A DNA stretch of 64,000 bases from a bacterium (GTDB lineage: Bacteria; Zhuqueibacterota; Zhuqueibacteria; Residuimicrobiales; Krinioviventaceae): NCBI GenBank assembly GCA_963693055.1, contig OY843751.1, positions 512,001-576,000 on the forward strand, read 5' to 3'. Of the stretch, positions 7,181 to 15,919 are shown one piece after another. Made by a program: the position numbers and the translations under genes. The notes below the pieces were generated by a model, which was not told the origin of the DNA, did not search any database, and saw only the letters and a list, made by a program, of their open reading frames with translations. Numbering within the stretch: position 1 is the stretch's first letter; each line of letters starts with the position of its first letter.

Positions 7181-9397
7181 TTAATAATTTACAGAAAAAC
7201 CAACCGTGGGAATGAATGGAAGCATGTTGGCATCATCCACAACCGCGGGATTTTGATTAGTATCAAACTGTCTGAACCAGACATTTTTATTGTTATAGAC
7301 ATTGATCATCTGGATGAATATTTCACCTTGTTTGCCCCAGAAAGAGGTATCCCGAAAGAGACCAATATCAAGTCTGTGATATGCAGGCAAGCGATAAAAG
7401 TTTTTCTCACCTTCCAAAACTGTATCGTATTCACGACCGTTTTGATCAACAACCGTATAGCGGGCAGTTGCTTCGGTATACGGCTGACCGGATCCGTATT
7501 TGAAGGCAAAGTTTAAGCGCCATTTGCGGGACAAGCGGTAATCCTGAATGGCTGTGAATGTATGACGTCTGTCATAAGTCGGATAATATTCTTTGCCAAA
7601 ATTATATCCGTCAACTTGTTTTTTCGTCCATCCCAGGGAATAGCCAAACCAGCCAGTGAACCCCCAAATGTTGTTGCGTAAATAGATATCCATGCCATAC
7701 GCTTTACCTTTACCGCTTAAAAAGTTGTCTGCGGCTGACATGTTTTCAACGGATTCGTCCGCGTCTCTAAATTCACGATATTCGGCAATATTGTAATATT
7801 TTTTATAATACCCTTCAACGTTAATAGAAAAGGTCTTGTCGTTATCATAAGAGTAACCCAAAATAAAATGATCAGCTTTGCCGGGCTCAAAAGTGTCATC
7901 AACAGGGAACCACATATCTGCAAAGCTCAAGCCTTCCATTTGTACCAGGTTTAAAAACTGGTGATATCTGCCAACGCTTAAAGTAACATCTGATTTATCT
8001 GTCAGTATGCGCTTTAAAGAAACACGGGGATCGAACCGTACATAATTACCATCTGTGTATTGGTCCAACCGGAGCCCGGTTTGTAAAATTGTTAACGGAG
8101 TGATCTTGAGATTGTCTTGAAAAAAGATGCTGTTATAATATCCTCCAAAAGAGTTACTATATTCAGTGTCTACCACATAATAATCCAGATCAAAATCTAC
8201 ATATTTAGTTTCAAATCCAAAATCCATCGAGTGACCTGATGATGGAGTATAGGTGAGCATGCCTTTCAAGGCAAGGTCTGTAACTTCATTAAAGTTGCCA
8301 AATTCAACCTGATCAAATGTAATTTTACTGTCACTGTCAAATCTGCTTCCCGCAAACACAAAGTGAGAAAACAGTTTGCTGTTAAACAGGTGGGTCCATT
8401 GAGATGAGAATGTACGGTTGCCCCATTTCAATCCAATATCTGTACCACCGCTGCTCATATCAAGCACATCGTGACCAGAGTAAAAACTGAGGCTTGCCTG
8501 ATTGTTATGATCAATATCCCAGTTGATTTTGCCGTGTCCATCATAAAAATAGTAGGGAAGATCAAAGTCTACCATTTTCTCAGCAAGTTCCAGATACGTT
8601 CTACGTCCCGAAATCATCCAAGAGCCGTGTTTCCAGGGGCCTTCAAGGGTTGTGCTTGCACTCAGTAAGCTCAGGCTGGTTTTACCTTCAAATTCCTGCC
8701 GGTTACCTTCTTTATTAACAACATTCAGCACAGAAGACAGTCTGCCTCCATATTGTGCGGGGTATCCGCCTTTTAACAGTTCAACCGATTTAATAGCGTC
8801 TGTATTAAATGTGCTGAAAAAACCAAACATGTGATTGGGATTATAAACATCGATGTGGTCTAACAAGATCAGGTTTTGGTCCGCGCTGCCGCCCCGAATA
8901 TACAATCCTGCAGAAAAGTCAGACAGTGTTGCAACACCGGGAAGCATCTGCAAAGAACGGAACAGATCCGCTTCTGCAACTGAAGGAATGGATTTTAACT
9001 GTGGGACCTTCATTGCTATTTGTCCCGGCTTGATATCCATTTCCCGTTGTTCACGGTCAGCTTCAACAACCACGTCTTGCATTGTAATTGTTTCGGATTC
9101 AAGATCAATGTCAAGAGAAATATCATCATTATTTTGCAAAGATTGTGTTACTATTTGTGTTTTGAAACCAATATAGCGAAAGCAAATTTCATATGTGCCG
9201 GCAGGGATTGACGTTAATACAAAATATCCCTTCATATTTGTAGTTGTGCCGATGGTGGTATCCTTTATCCAAACGTTACCCATAATAATTGGTTCTTTAT
9301 TGCCTTTTTCTCTTACAAAACCATGTATTGTGGCCGCGTTAACCGGTAACACCCCCGCGACGATACATAACAGGATTAACACTTTTTTCCAACTCAT
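7181..9397 (-). CDS. TonB-dependent receptor with CarboxypepD_reg-like N-domain and plug
   Basis: LQMLPGV; YIRGGSADQNLILLD; KGGYPAQYGGRLSSV; RLPAYHRLD; C-terminal aromatic residue; SD before ATG 9397. Confidence 0.93.
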   Translation of the reverse strand: MSWKKVLILLCIVAGVLPVNAATIHGFVREKGNKEPIIMGNVWIKDTTIGTTTNMKGYFVLTSIPAGTYEICFRYIGFKTQIVTQSLQNNDDISLDIDLESETITMQDVVVEADREQREMDIKPGQIAMKVPQLKSIPSVAEADLFRSLQMLPGVATLSDFSAGLYIRGGSADQNLILLDHIDVYNPNHMFGFFSTFNTDAIKSVELLKGGYPAQYGGRLSSVLNVVNKEGNRQEFEGKTSLSLLSASTTLEGPWKHGSWMISGRRTYLELAEKMVDFDLPYYFYDGHGKINWDIDHNNQASLSFYSGHDVLDMSSGGTDIGLKWGNRTFSSQWTHLFNSKLFSHFVFAGSRFDSDSKITFDQVEFGNFNEVTDLALKGMLTYTPSSGHSMDFGFETKYVDFDLDYYVVDTEYSNSFGGYYNSIFFQDNLKITPLTILQTGLRLDQYTDGNYVRFDPRVSLKRILTDKSDVTLSVGRYHQFLNLVQMEGLSFADMWFPVDDTFEPGKADHFILGYSYDNDKTFSINVEGYYKKYYNIAEYREFRDADESVENMSAADNFLSGKGKAYGMDIYLRNNIWGFTGWFGYSLGWTKKQVDGYNFGKEYYPTYDRRHTFTAIQDYRLSRKWRLNFAFKYGSGQPYTEATARYTVVDQNGREYDTVLEGEKNFYRLPAYHRLDIGLFRDTSFWGKQGEIFIQMINVYNNKNVWFRQFDTNQNPAVVDDANMLPFIPTVGFSVNY

Positions 9398-9458
9398 TGG
9401 GTTCCTTTCAAACATTATTATTGATTTGGTTGTAATTTAATTTGGATTCGGTCGGTAA

Positions 9459-9484
9459 TACGGAAATGATTCACACAGGTTTCA
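9459..9484 (-). promoter_or_regulatory. ECF (SigW-like) promoter TGAAAC-N16-CGTA for the TBDT operon
   Basis: Exact match to the SigW-type consensus on the minus strand. Confidence 0.7.
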
Positions 9485-9664
9485 TTTTACCAGCAAAAAA
9501 ATACATTTGTATGTTTAATTTGCGCTATTGTATTATATTTCTTGAATTTCGGCATATGATTATTTTCTGGTTTTTTAATGATGAATAAATATTTATGTTT
9601 TGTTACATTATAAATTGTATATTATGGTTTATAAGTTTTATTTGAAAATGGAGTTTTTAAACAG

Positions 9665-10912
9665 GTGCAGGAAATTCTTGAATTAGGTAAACAGGCAAAA
9701 CAAGCTGCTTTAAAATTGTCTACGCTTTCCGGCGAAGCCCGGCAAAATGCTATTGCTGCCATGCCTGACAAATTATTGTCTGTTAAAGGTGAACTTGCCA
9801 AAGCCAATGCCGCAGATGTTGAAGAAGCGAAACAAAATGGCCTGGCTGGTCCGCTGTTAAAACGCCTTGAGATAAGTGATAAAGTTTTTGATTATATGAT
9901 GAACCGACTCCTGGAGGTTGCTCAACTCCCTGATCCGTTGGACAGAGTACTGGAGGGGCATACACGTCCCAATGGTTTGCGGGTGGAAAAGATCAGTGTA
10001 CCATTGGGTGTAATTGGAATTATTTATGAATCCCGTCCCAATGTAACGCCTGATGCTGCGTCGGTATGTTTGAAAAGCGGAAATGCTGTGATTTTGCGCG
10101 GCGGGTCAGAATCTTTACGCACCAATATAGTATTGGCAGATGCTATGATATCTGCTCTTGTGGAAAGTGGTGTGCCGGAACATGCGGTGCAAATTGTAAG
10201 AGTACCAGGGCATAAAGCCGTTAGCGAATTATTGAAACTTGATCAATATATTGACGTATTGATACCCCGGGGCGGGAAAGGTCTTATTAAGCGAATTGCA
10301 GAAGGAACACGCATACCGGTTATAAAACATTATGAAGGACTTTGTCATTTATATCTAGCAAGTGATGCTAAGGAAGACATGGCTGTGGCGCTGGCGGTGA
10401 ATTCAAAATGTCAAAAAGTTGAAGTTTGTAACGCGCTTGAAACATTGCTGGTAGACGCAGAATCCGCAGAACGTTTGCTGCCTGTTCTGGACAAGGCATT
10501 TAAAGGAAATGGTGTGGAATTGCGTGGTTGTGAAAAGACACGTGCGATTTTACCAAATATTAACGCTGCAACAGAAGAAGACTGGTCAACAGAGTATCTG
10601 GCACCTGTATTATCTGTCAAAGTTGTTGATGGAATTGAAAAAGCTATGGACCATATCAATACCTATGGTTCCGGTCATACAGATGGTATTGTTACCCAAT
10701 CCCTTGAACTGTCAAACCAGTTTGTGAATGGAGTGGATTCGGGTTCGGTTCTGGTAAACGCTTCTACCCGGCTTTCCGGTGGAGGCGATTATGGTTTGGG
10801 TGCGGTTGTTGGTATTTCGACTGACAAATTGCATGCACGCGGTCCGGTAGGGCCCAATGATTTGACCTCCTATAAATGGGTGGCATATGGAAATGGACAT
10901 TTGAGAAAATAA
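9665..10912 (+). CDS. proA: Gamma-glutamyl phosphate reductase
   Basis: PLGVIGIIYESRPNVT; LKSGNAVILRGG; CNALETLLV; GISTDKLHARGP. Confidence 0.97.
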   Translation: MQEILELGKQAKQAALKLSTLSGEARQNAIAAMPDKLLSVKGELAKANAADVEEAKQNGLAGPLLKRLEISDKVFDYMMNRLLEVAQLPDPLDRVLEGHTRPNGLRVEKISVPLGVIGIIYESRPNVTPDAASVCLKSGNAVILRGGSESLRTNIVLADAMISALVESGVPEHAVQIVRVPGHKAVSELLKLDQYIDVLIPRGGKGLIKRIAEGTRIPVIKHYEGLCHLYLASDAKEDMAVALAVNSKCQKVEVCNALETLLVDAESAERLLPVLDKAFKGNGVELRGCEKTRAILPNINAATEEDWSTEYLAPVLSVKVVDGIEKAMDHINTYGSGHTDGIVTQSLELSNQFVNGVDSGSVLVNASTRLSGGGDYGLGAVVGISTDKLHARGPVGPNDLTSYKWVAYGNGHLRK

Positions 10913-10928
10913 AAAAAGAGATAGATTG

Positions 10929-11582
10929 ATGAAAAAACAGTATACGCATATTTTGTGGGATTGGAACGGAACTTTGTTGAATGATATGGATCATTGTGTA
11001 GTCTCTATTAACAAAGTGTTACGAAAACATAATAAACCTGAAATTGATATGGAAACCTATTACCGGGAATTTGATTTTCCTGTTCGTGATTATTATGAAA
11101 GAATAGGATTTAATTTTCAAGAGATCCCCTTTGAAGTCGTAGGTACAGAGTTTATAGAAGAATATTATGAAACCTGGACAGAGTGCAAAATGACCCAGGA
11201 TGCTATTGATGTACTCAAGGCAGTTAAAGAGGCAGGTATTTCACAGTCCATTTTATCTGCAGCCGGTACTGACAAGCTGGAAATGTGTACCGAGTATTTT
11301 AATATTCAGGATTATTTTACAGAATTAACAGGCCTGGATCATCATTACGCGCATGGCAAAGTTGATATTGCGCTAGAATATATGAAGCGAACCGGTATCC
11401 CTCCGGAAAAGATTTTATTTGTTGGTGATACGACCCATGATTATGAGGTTGCAAAGACGATTGGCGTTGATTGTGTCTTGTATAAAAACGGCCACCATCC
11501 TGTAGAAAAGTTGGAAGCCTGTGATGCGCCAACCATCAACTCTTTAAATCAGGTTCTGGATCTGATCAATCATAATTCATAA
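10929..11582 (+). CDS. HAD-superfamily hydrolase (phosphoglycolate phosphatase-like)
   Basis: WDWNGTL motif I; FVGDTTHD motif IV. Confidence 0.9.
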   Translation: MKKQYTHILWDWNGTLLNDMDHCVVSINKVLRKHNKPEIDMETYYREFDFPVRDYYERIGFNFQEIPFEVVGTEFIEEYYETWTECKMTQDAIDVLKAVKEAGISQSILSAAGTDKLEMCTEYFNIQDYFTELTGLDHHYAHGKVDIALEYMKRTGIPPEKILFVGDTTHDYEVAKTIGVDCVLYKNGHHPVEKLEACDAPTINSLNQVLDLINHNS

Positions 11583-12825
11583 AGTTGAGTTCTTTTGGAA
11601 GGGCGTAATTGAGTTTAAAGCTCGATATCAGTTCAGATACATTGAGCGTTGTATTGTTTTTAATACCGGCTGAGAAATTGAGCCATATACTGCTTTTGAT
11701 ATTGAGCTCTGCTCCCAGATTGAGCATAATTGTATTTTCTTCCAGTTTTTCATAACTATACAGCCCTTCTGCAAATCCTTTCAAGCTGTTTGTTCCCAAA
11801 TAGAATCTTGAAATGGCTGTAATGTTTTCTTCGCGAGCACCCAACCCACCTGGCTTGAATGACGCCGCATTAAAACCCAGTAATAATTGCGATGAGCTGC
11901 CAACAGGCAAACCCAGTGTTGCCCACACATTTACATTGTTCAATTGAACATTATTCGCCAGAGAATCCGGTTTTTGAGCGCCCAGTGCGAAAGCAAGATC
12001 GAGCTTGGTTTTGTTCCAGTTGGCTGCTTTAAATTTTGATTTCAGGCGCTCTATCTCCTTGTCCGGATCTATTCCTTTTTGCTCAACAAGTGAGAACCGA
12101 AGATTGATTATATAATCAATCATAGTCTTGATCTCTTTATCATCCGAGTTGTAATCCTCGGGTTTTACAGCGAGTCCGGTTAATAGATTATTTCTTAGAT
12201 CGTTTTTTATCTCTTTAATTGAACCCAATTCCGGAGCTGCCTTGTAAAGAAGCCATTGGTTAAATATTTCCGACTTTTCATAAACATCAAATCCATAATA
12301 GGGCTTGAATGATTTGTTGAATTCGTTTACCAGTTCGCCATGAATATCAACAGACTGTTTGAGTATTGCCACGGCTTTGAGTTGAAAAGACAGATCCTGT
12401 AACAGGTCGCCTTTATCTAAAAGGGTCATTCTTGCACCAAAAGCAAGTTTAGAAAGATTTGTGGAATCGGTTTGTGCTGCTGTTGATATTTTAAGACTGT
12501 ACCAGAGGCGGTTTTTTTTATAATCCTGAATACCGGTTCGGTCAGATTTGAACAATAAAAAGGGTGAAATTTCCACAGCAATGGTTTTGGGAATGCCCAG
12601 TTGAGAACCATTATAAAAATCTGAAAATGACATGTTGAAATCTTTGAGTGTTGAAGGACGCAATATATTACCGGGACTTCTATCCATTGCATTAAACGCA
12701 GGGATGTCAGGTATGGCAAAGTTGAGTTCGTGTTGAAGCAACGCTGTGTGATAGGGGGCTTGAGCGTATAGAATAAATGGATGAATTATCATTAAAGCAA
12801 AAAGTACTAGCAGTCTTTTTTTCAT
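11566..12825 (-). CDS. Hypothetical exported protein, probable outer-membrane beta-barrel
   Basis: Signal peptide; alternating amphipathic strands in the C-terminal third. Confidence 0.75.
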   Translation of the reverse strand: MKKRLLVLFALMIIHPFILYAQAPYHTALLQHELNFAIPDIPAFNAMDRSPGNILRPSTLKDFNMSFSDFYNGSQLGIPKTIAVEISPFLLFKSDRTGIQDYKKNRLWYSLKISTAAQTDSTNLSKLAFGARMTLLDKGDLLQDLSFQLKAVAILKQSVDIHGELVNEFNKSFKPYYGFDVYEKSEIFNQWLLYKAAPELGSIKEIKNDLRNNLLTGLAVKPEDYNSDDKEIKTMIDYIINLRFSLVEQKGIDPDKEIERLKSKFKAANWNKTKLDLAFALGAQKPDSLANNVQLNNVNVWATLGLPVGSSSQLLLGFNAASFKPGGLGAREENITAISRFYLGTNSLKGFAEGLYSYEKLEENTIMLNLGAELNIKSSIWLNFSAGIKNNTTLNVSELISSFKLNYALPKELNFMNYD

Positions 12826-12829
12826 TGAA

Positions 12830-13225
12830 TCAACCTATGGTTTGAGACAAAAGAATGTTTTTAAGTATGGTTTGGGTTGCTCCGGTCAGGTTGCCGCTTT
12901 CCGCATAGAGCCCCCCAATAGATTCACCGTTTTGCTTAAATGTTACATATATATTATAGGGTTTTAAGTTTTCGACATCCAATCCTTTAAAGTTACTGAG
13001 GAATTGTAAACGATATTTTTCGTCATTTAAATCATTAACAGGCAGGGTGATAGTCTCAACAATTGAACTATCAGTAGAGGTTTCGATATTATCTTTGGTA
13101 ACGGTTAGTATCTCTGTATCATTCAAATCATAAACTGACAGCTTGTAAGCCGCTACCATAACGCCTTCAAAAATCGGTTGTATATTTATATCGCCATTTG
13201 CTTTTTGAAACTCTATTGATTGCAT
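12830..13225 (-). CDS. Hypothetical beta-rich protein
   Basis: SD-like GAAAGGG before ATG; 4-nt gap to the downstream gene. Confidence 0.75.
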   Translation of the reverse strand: MQSIEFQKANGDINIQPIFEGVMVAAYKLSVYDLNDTEILTVTKDNIETSTDSSIVETITLPVNDLNDEKYRLQFLSNFKGLDVENLKPYNIYVTFKQNGESIGGLYAESGNLTGATQTILKNILLSQTIG

Positions 13226-13397
13226 TGTCGCCCTTTCTTGTTATTATTACACTGAAATTACAAAAAATACTATTTCAAAACAACAATCCGTTAAATTATA
13301 GGAATGATAAGCTTTTATAATCTGTTTAAATGATTAATAAAATACTTAAAAATGGTTTGTTTTTGTTAATAAAAATTTGTAAATTAATTACTTTGTA

Positions 13398-13490
13398 ACA
13401 TCTTGAGTAAGTACCAGCCTGTAAATACCCTTCCGGTCAGATTAACCCGATTTACATGTTTCTCAGATGTCTTGACAGCAATTGCGGGTT
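13398..13490 (+). promoter_or_regulatory. Structured 5' leader of the DEAD-box helicase gene
   Basis: ACATCT(T)GAG / CTCAGATGT and TGTAAAT / ATTTACA stems; competing AACCCG / CGGGTT pairing. Confidence 0.4.
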
Positions 13491-13520
13491 TATGCATAAA
13501 AACGATTTGAGTAAAAAAGA

Positions 13521-15113
13521 ATGAATTTGTTTGAAAATCTGGGCTTGTCCCAGAAAACATTGAGAGCTATTGAAGAAAAAGGATTTACCGAACCTACCCC
13601 TATTCAGGCAGCAGTAATTCCATTATTGTTGCAGAATGTAAAAGATGTTGTAGGCCAGGCGCAAACCGGAACCGGAAAAACTGCGGCATTTGGTCTTCCT
13701 ATGATCGAAACTCTCGACAAGGGCAAACATACAAGTGCCCTGATATTGACTCCTACCAGAGAATTAGCAATTCAAGTTGCTGATGAGATTAATTCTTTGC
13801 AGGGAAATAAAGGATTGCGTATTGAGCCTATTTATGGTGGACAATCCATTGAAACACAATTGAAAAAGCTGAAAAAGGGAGTAGACATTGTTGTAGGTAC
13901 TCCGGGGCGTGTTCGTGATCATTTACAGAGAAAACGTTTAAAGCTTGATCGATTGTCTTATCTTATTCTTGATGAAGCAGATGAAATGTTGAACATGGGA
14001 TTTGTTGAAGAGATTGAAGAAATTTTAGAATATGTGAATCCTGATCGTCGTACGTTGTTGTTTTCTGCCACCATGCCAAAACCGATATTGAATATCGCGC
14101 AAAATTACATGGACGAATATGAACTGGTTAAGGTTACGCCGCAGCAGGTTTCTACCGAATTGGTTGAACAGGTGTACTATCAGGTCAATGAAGGTGATAA
14201 ACTTGAAGCACTTTGCCGTGTAATGGATATGGATAAAGATTTTTACGGATTGGTATTCTGTCGTACCAAAGTGGATGCAGACAAGGTATCTCGTAAATTG
14301 ATTGACAAGGGTTATAATGCTGACGCATTACACGGAGATATAACCCAACAACAGCGTGAAAAAGTGTTAAACAGTTTTAAAAGACGTACCGTAAATGTGT
14401 TGGTTGCTACTGATGTCGCCGCTCGTGGTATTGATGTGCAGGATTTAACGCACGTTGTGAATTATACAATTCCACATGATCCTGAAGCTTATGTACATCG
14501 TATTGGACGTACAGGCCGTGCAGGAAAAATGGGTACCGCAGTTACTTTTGTAACTCCTGCAGATTTGAAACATATGAAACGTATTGAGCGTTTTGCCAAT
14601 GCCAAGATTCAACATGGAAAACCACCCAAAGTTCGCGATATTATCAGAGCACGTAAAGCCCGTATTAAAAATGATGTGCTGGCATACTCTGGTAGTGAAA
14701 TCGATGAAATTTATTTGAAAATGGCACATGATCTGTTGGCAGAAAATGATCCTGAACAGATGCTTGCTGCTATGTTGAAATATGCATTTAGAGACAAGTT
14801 GGATCGTGATAATTACAGAGAAATTTCGGCTCCAGCACCATTTGTCGAAGAAGATAGTAACGGCAAAGTCAGACTGTTTGTAGCCCGTGGAAAAAAAGTC
14901 GGCATGAATGATAAAAAACTCAAACAACTGGTGTGTAAAGGTGTGGATGTGGCTCCCCAAAAGATACGCAATATACGCGTATTTGACGATTTTTCGTTTA
15001 TTACCGTACCTTTAAAAGATGCGGACAGGATCCTTAAAATACATGGTAGAGGTGATCGTAAACGCAAACCATTAGTAGAACGTGCCAAAGTACCGGCAGG
15101 GGCAAAGCGATAA
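13521..15113 (+). CDS. deaD: DEAD-box RNA helicase with C-terminal DbpA-type RNA-binding domain (DeaD/CshA-like)
   Basis: AQTGTGKT; PTRELA; DEAD; SAT; HRIGRTGRAG motifs. Confidence 0.93.
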   Translation: MNLFENLGLSQKTLRAIEEKGFTEPTPIQAAVIPLLLQNVKDVVGQAQTGTGKTAAFGLPMIETLDKGKHTSALILTPTRELAIQVADEINSLQGNKGLRIEPIYGGQSIETQLKKLKKGVDIVVGTPGRVRDHLQRKRLKLDRLSYLILDEADEMLNMGFVEEIEEILEYVNPDRRTLLFSATMPKPILNIAQNYMDEYELVKVTPQQVSTELVEQVYYQVNEGDKLEALCRVMDMDKDFYGLVFCRTKVDADKVSRKLIDKGYNADALHGDITQQQREKVLNSFKRRTVNVLVATDVAARGIDVQDLTHVVNYTIPHDPEAYVHRIGRTGRAGKMGTAVTFVTPADLKHMKRIERFANAKIQHGKPPKVRDIIRARKARIKNDVLAYSGSEIDEIYLKMAHDLLAENDPEQMLAAMLKYAFRDKLDRDNYREISAPAPFVEEDSNGKVRLFVARGKKVGMNDKKLKQLVCKGVDVAPQKIRNIRVFDDFSFITVPLKDADRILKIHGRGDRKRKPLVERAKVPAGAKR

Positions 15114-15140
15114 TTATTTAAAAATTATTGTTTTTTATTT

Positions 15141-15186
15141 AAACCGGGTTTGTTGAGATAATGATCTTATTAATCCCGGTTTTTTT
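15141..15186 (+). terminator. Intrinsic terminator
   Basis: AAACCGGG...CCCGGTTT plus T-tract. Confidence 0.75.
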
Positions 15187-15380
15187 ATTGCATAAATTGA
15201 TTTTTTTTGTTAAAATCTTTTATTAATCATGTACGAGAATAAACAAGAATATTCTTAGATAATAGATCAAATTGTTCTATACAGAGCAAGTTTGGGAGTT
15301 TGATTTGTTATATTGCATTATGGGGTTCTGAAAAATTATTAATATACCTTATTTATTGAAAACTAGAAATAGGAATTGAA

Positions 15381-15893
15381 ATGCCAAGAGAAAATCCAGT
15401 TAATATTGAACTATCTTTGTCAATAGAGGAATTGGAAAATTTGATTTCAGCCACCATTGAGAAATATTATGAATTATTTGGACATGAATGTTTACAACAA
15501 TTTTGTGGATACGAAGAGATCGAAAATAGTGATTTAAAAGATATGTTGATGCCAGTTAAGCAGATAAATCAAAGTTTATTATATAATACCAAATGTGTTC
15601 GTATAATTCTAGTTAAGGGGTATAGAGGTGAGGGCATGTTTTTAAAAGATTTAAAAATGAGGGACGAGTTAATAACTATAATTGTGAATAAAAGTATGAT
15701 TGATGATTTAAACTCGGGACTGACAGTGCCAGCCCCAAAACAAACTTATAGAATAAAAACTGCATATATCGATGAAAATTTAGATAAATATTTTTATGAT
15801 TATAATAAACATATCTCATTGCAGACTTTTTATTCTGGCTTTGTTGAACAAAGAAATGAGAATTTGTATGAAACAAGAAAACGATTAGAATGA
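15381..15893 (+). CDS. Hypothetical protein (very AT-rich)
   Basis: 170-aa ORF with SD AGGA; no family recognised. Confidence 0.65.
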   Translation: MPRENPVNIELSLSIEELENLISATIEKYYELFGHECLQQFCGYEEIENSDLKDMLMPVKQINQSLLYNTKCVRIILVKGYRGEGMFLKDLKMRDELITIIVNKSMIDDLNSGLTVPAPKQTYRIKTAYIDENLDKYFYDYNKHISLQTFYSGFVEQRNENLYETRKRLE

Positions 15894-15919
15894 ATTTTGT
15901 TTTAAAATATTTACTATTT

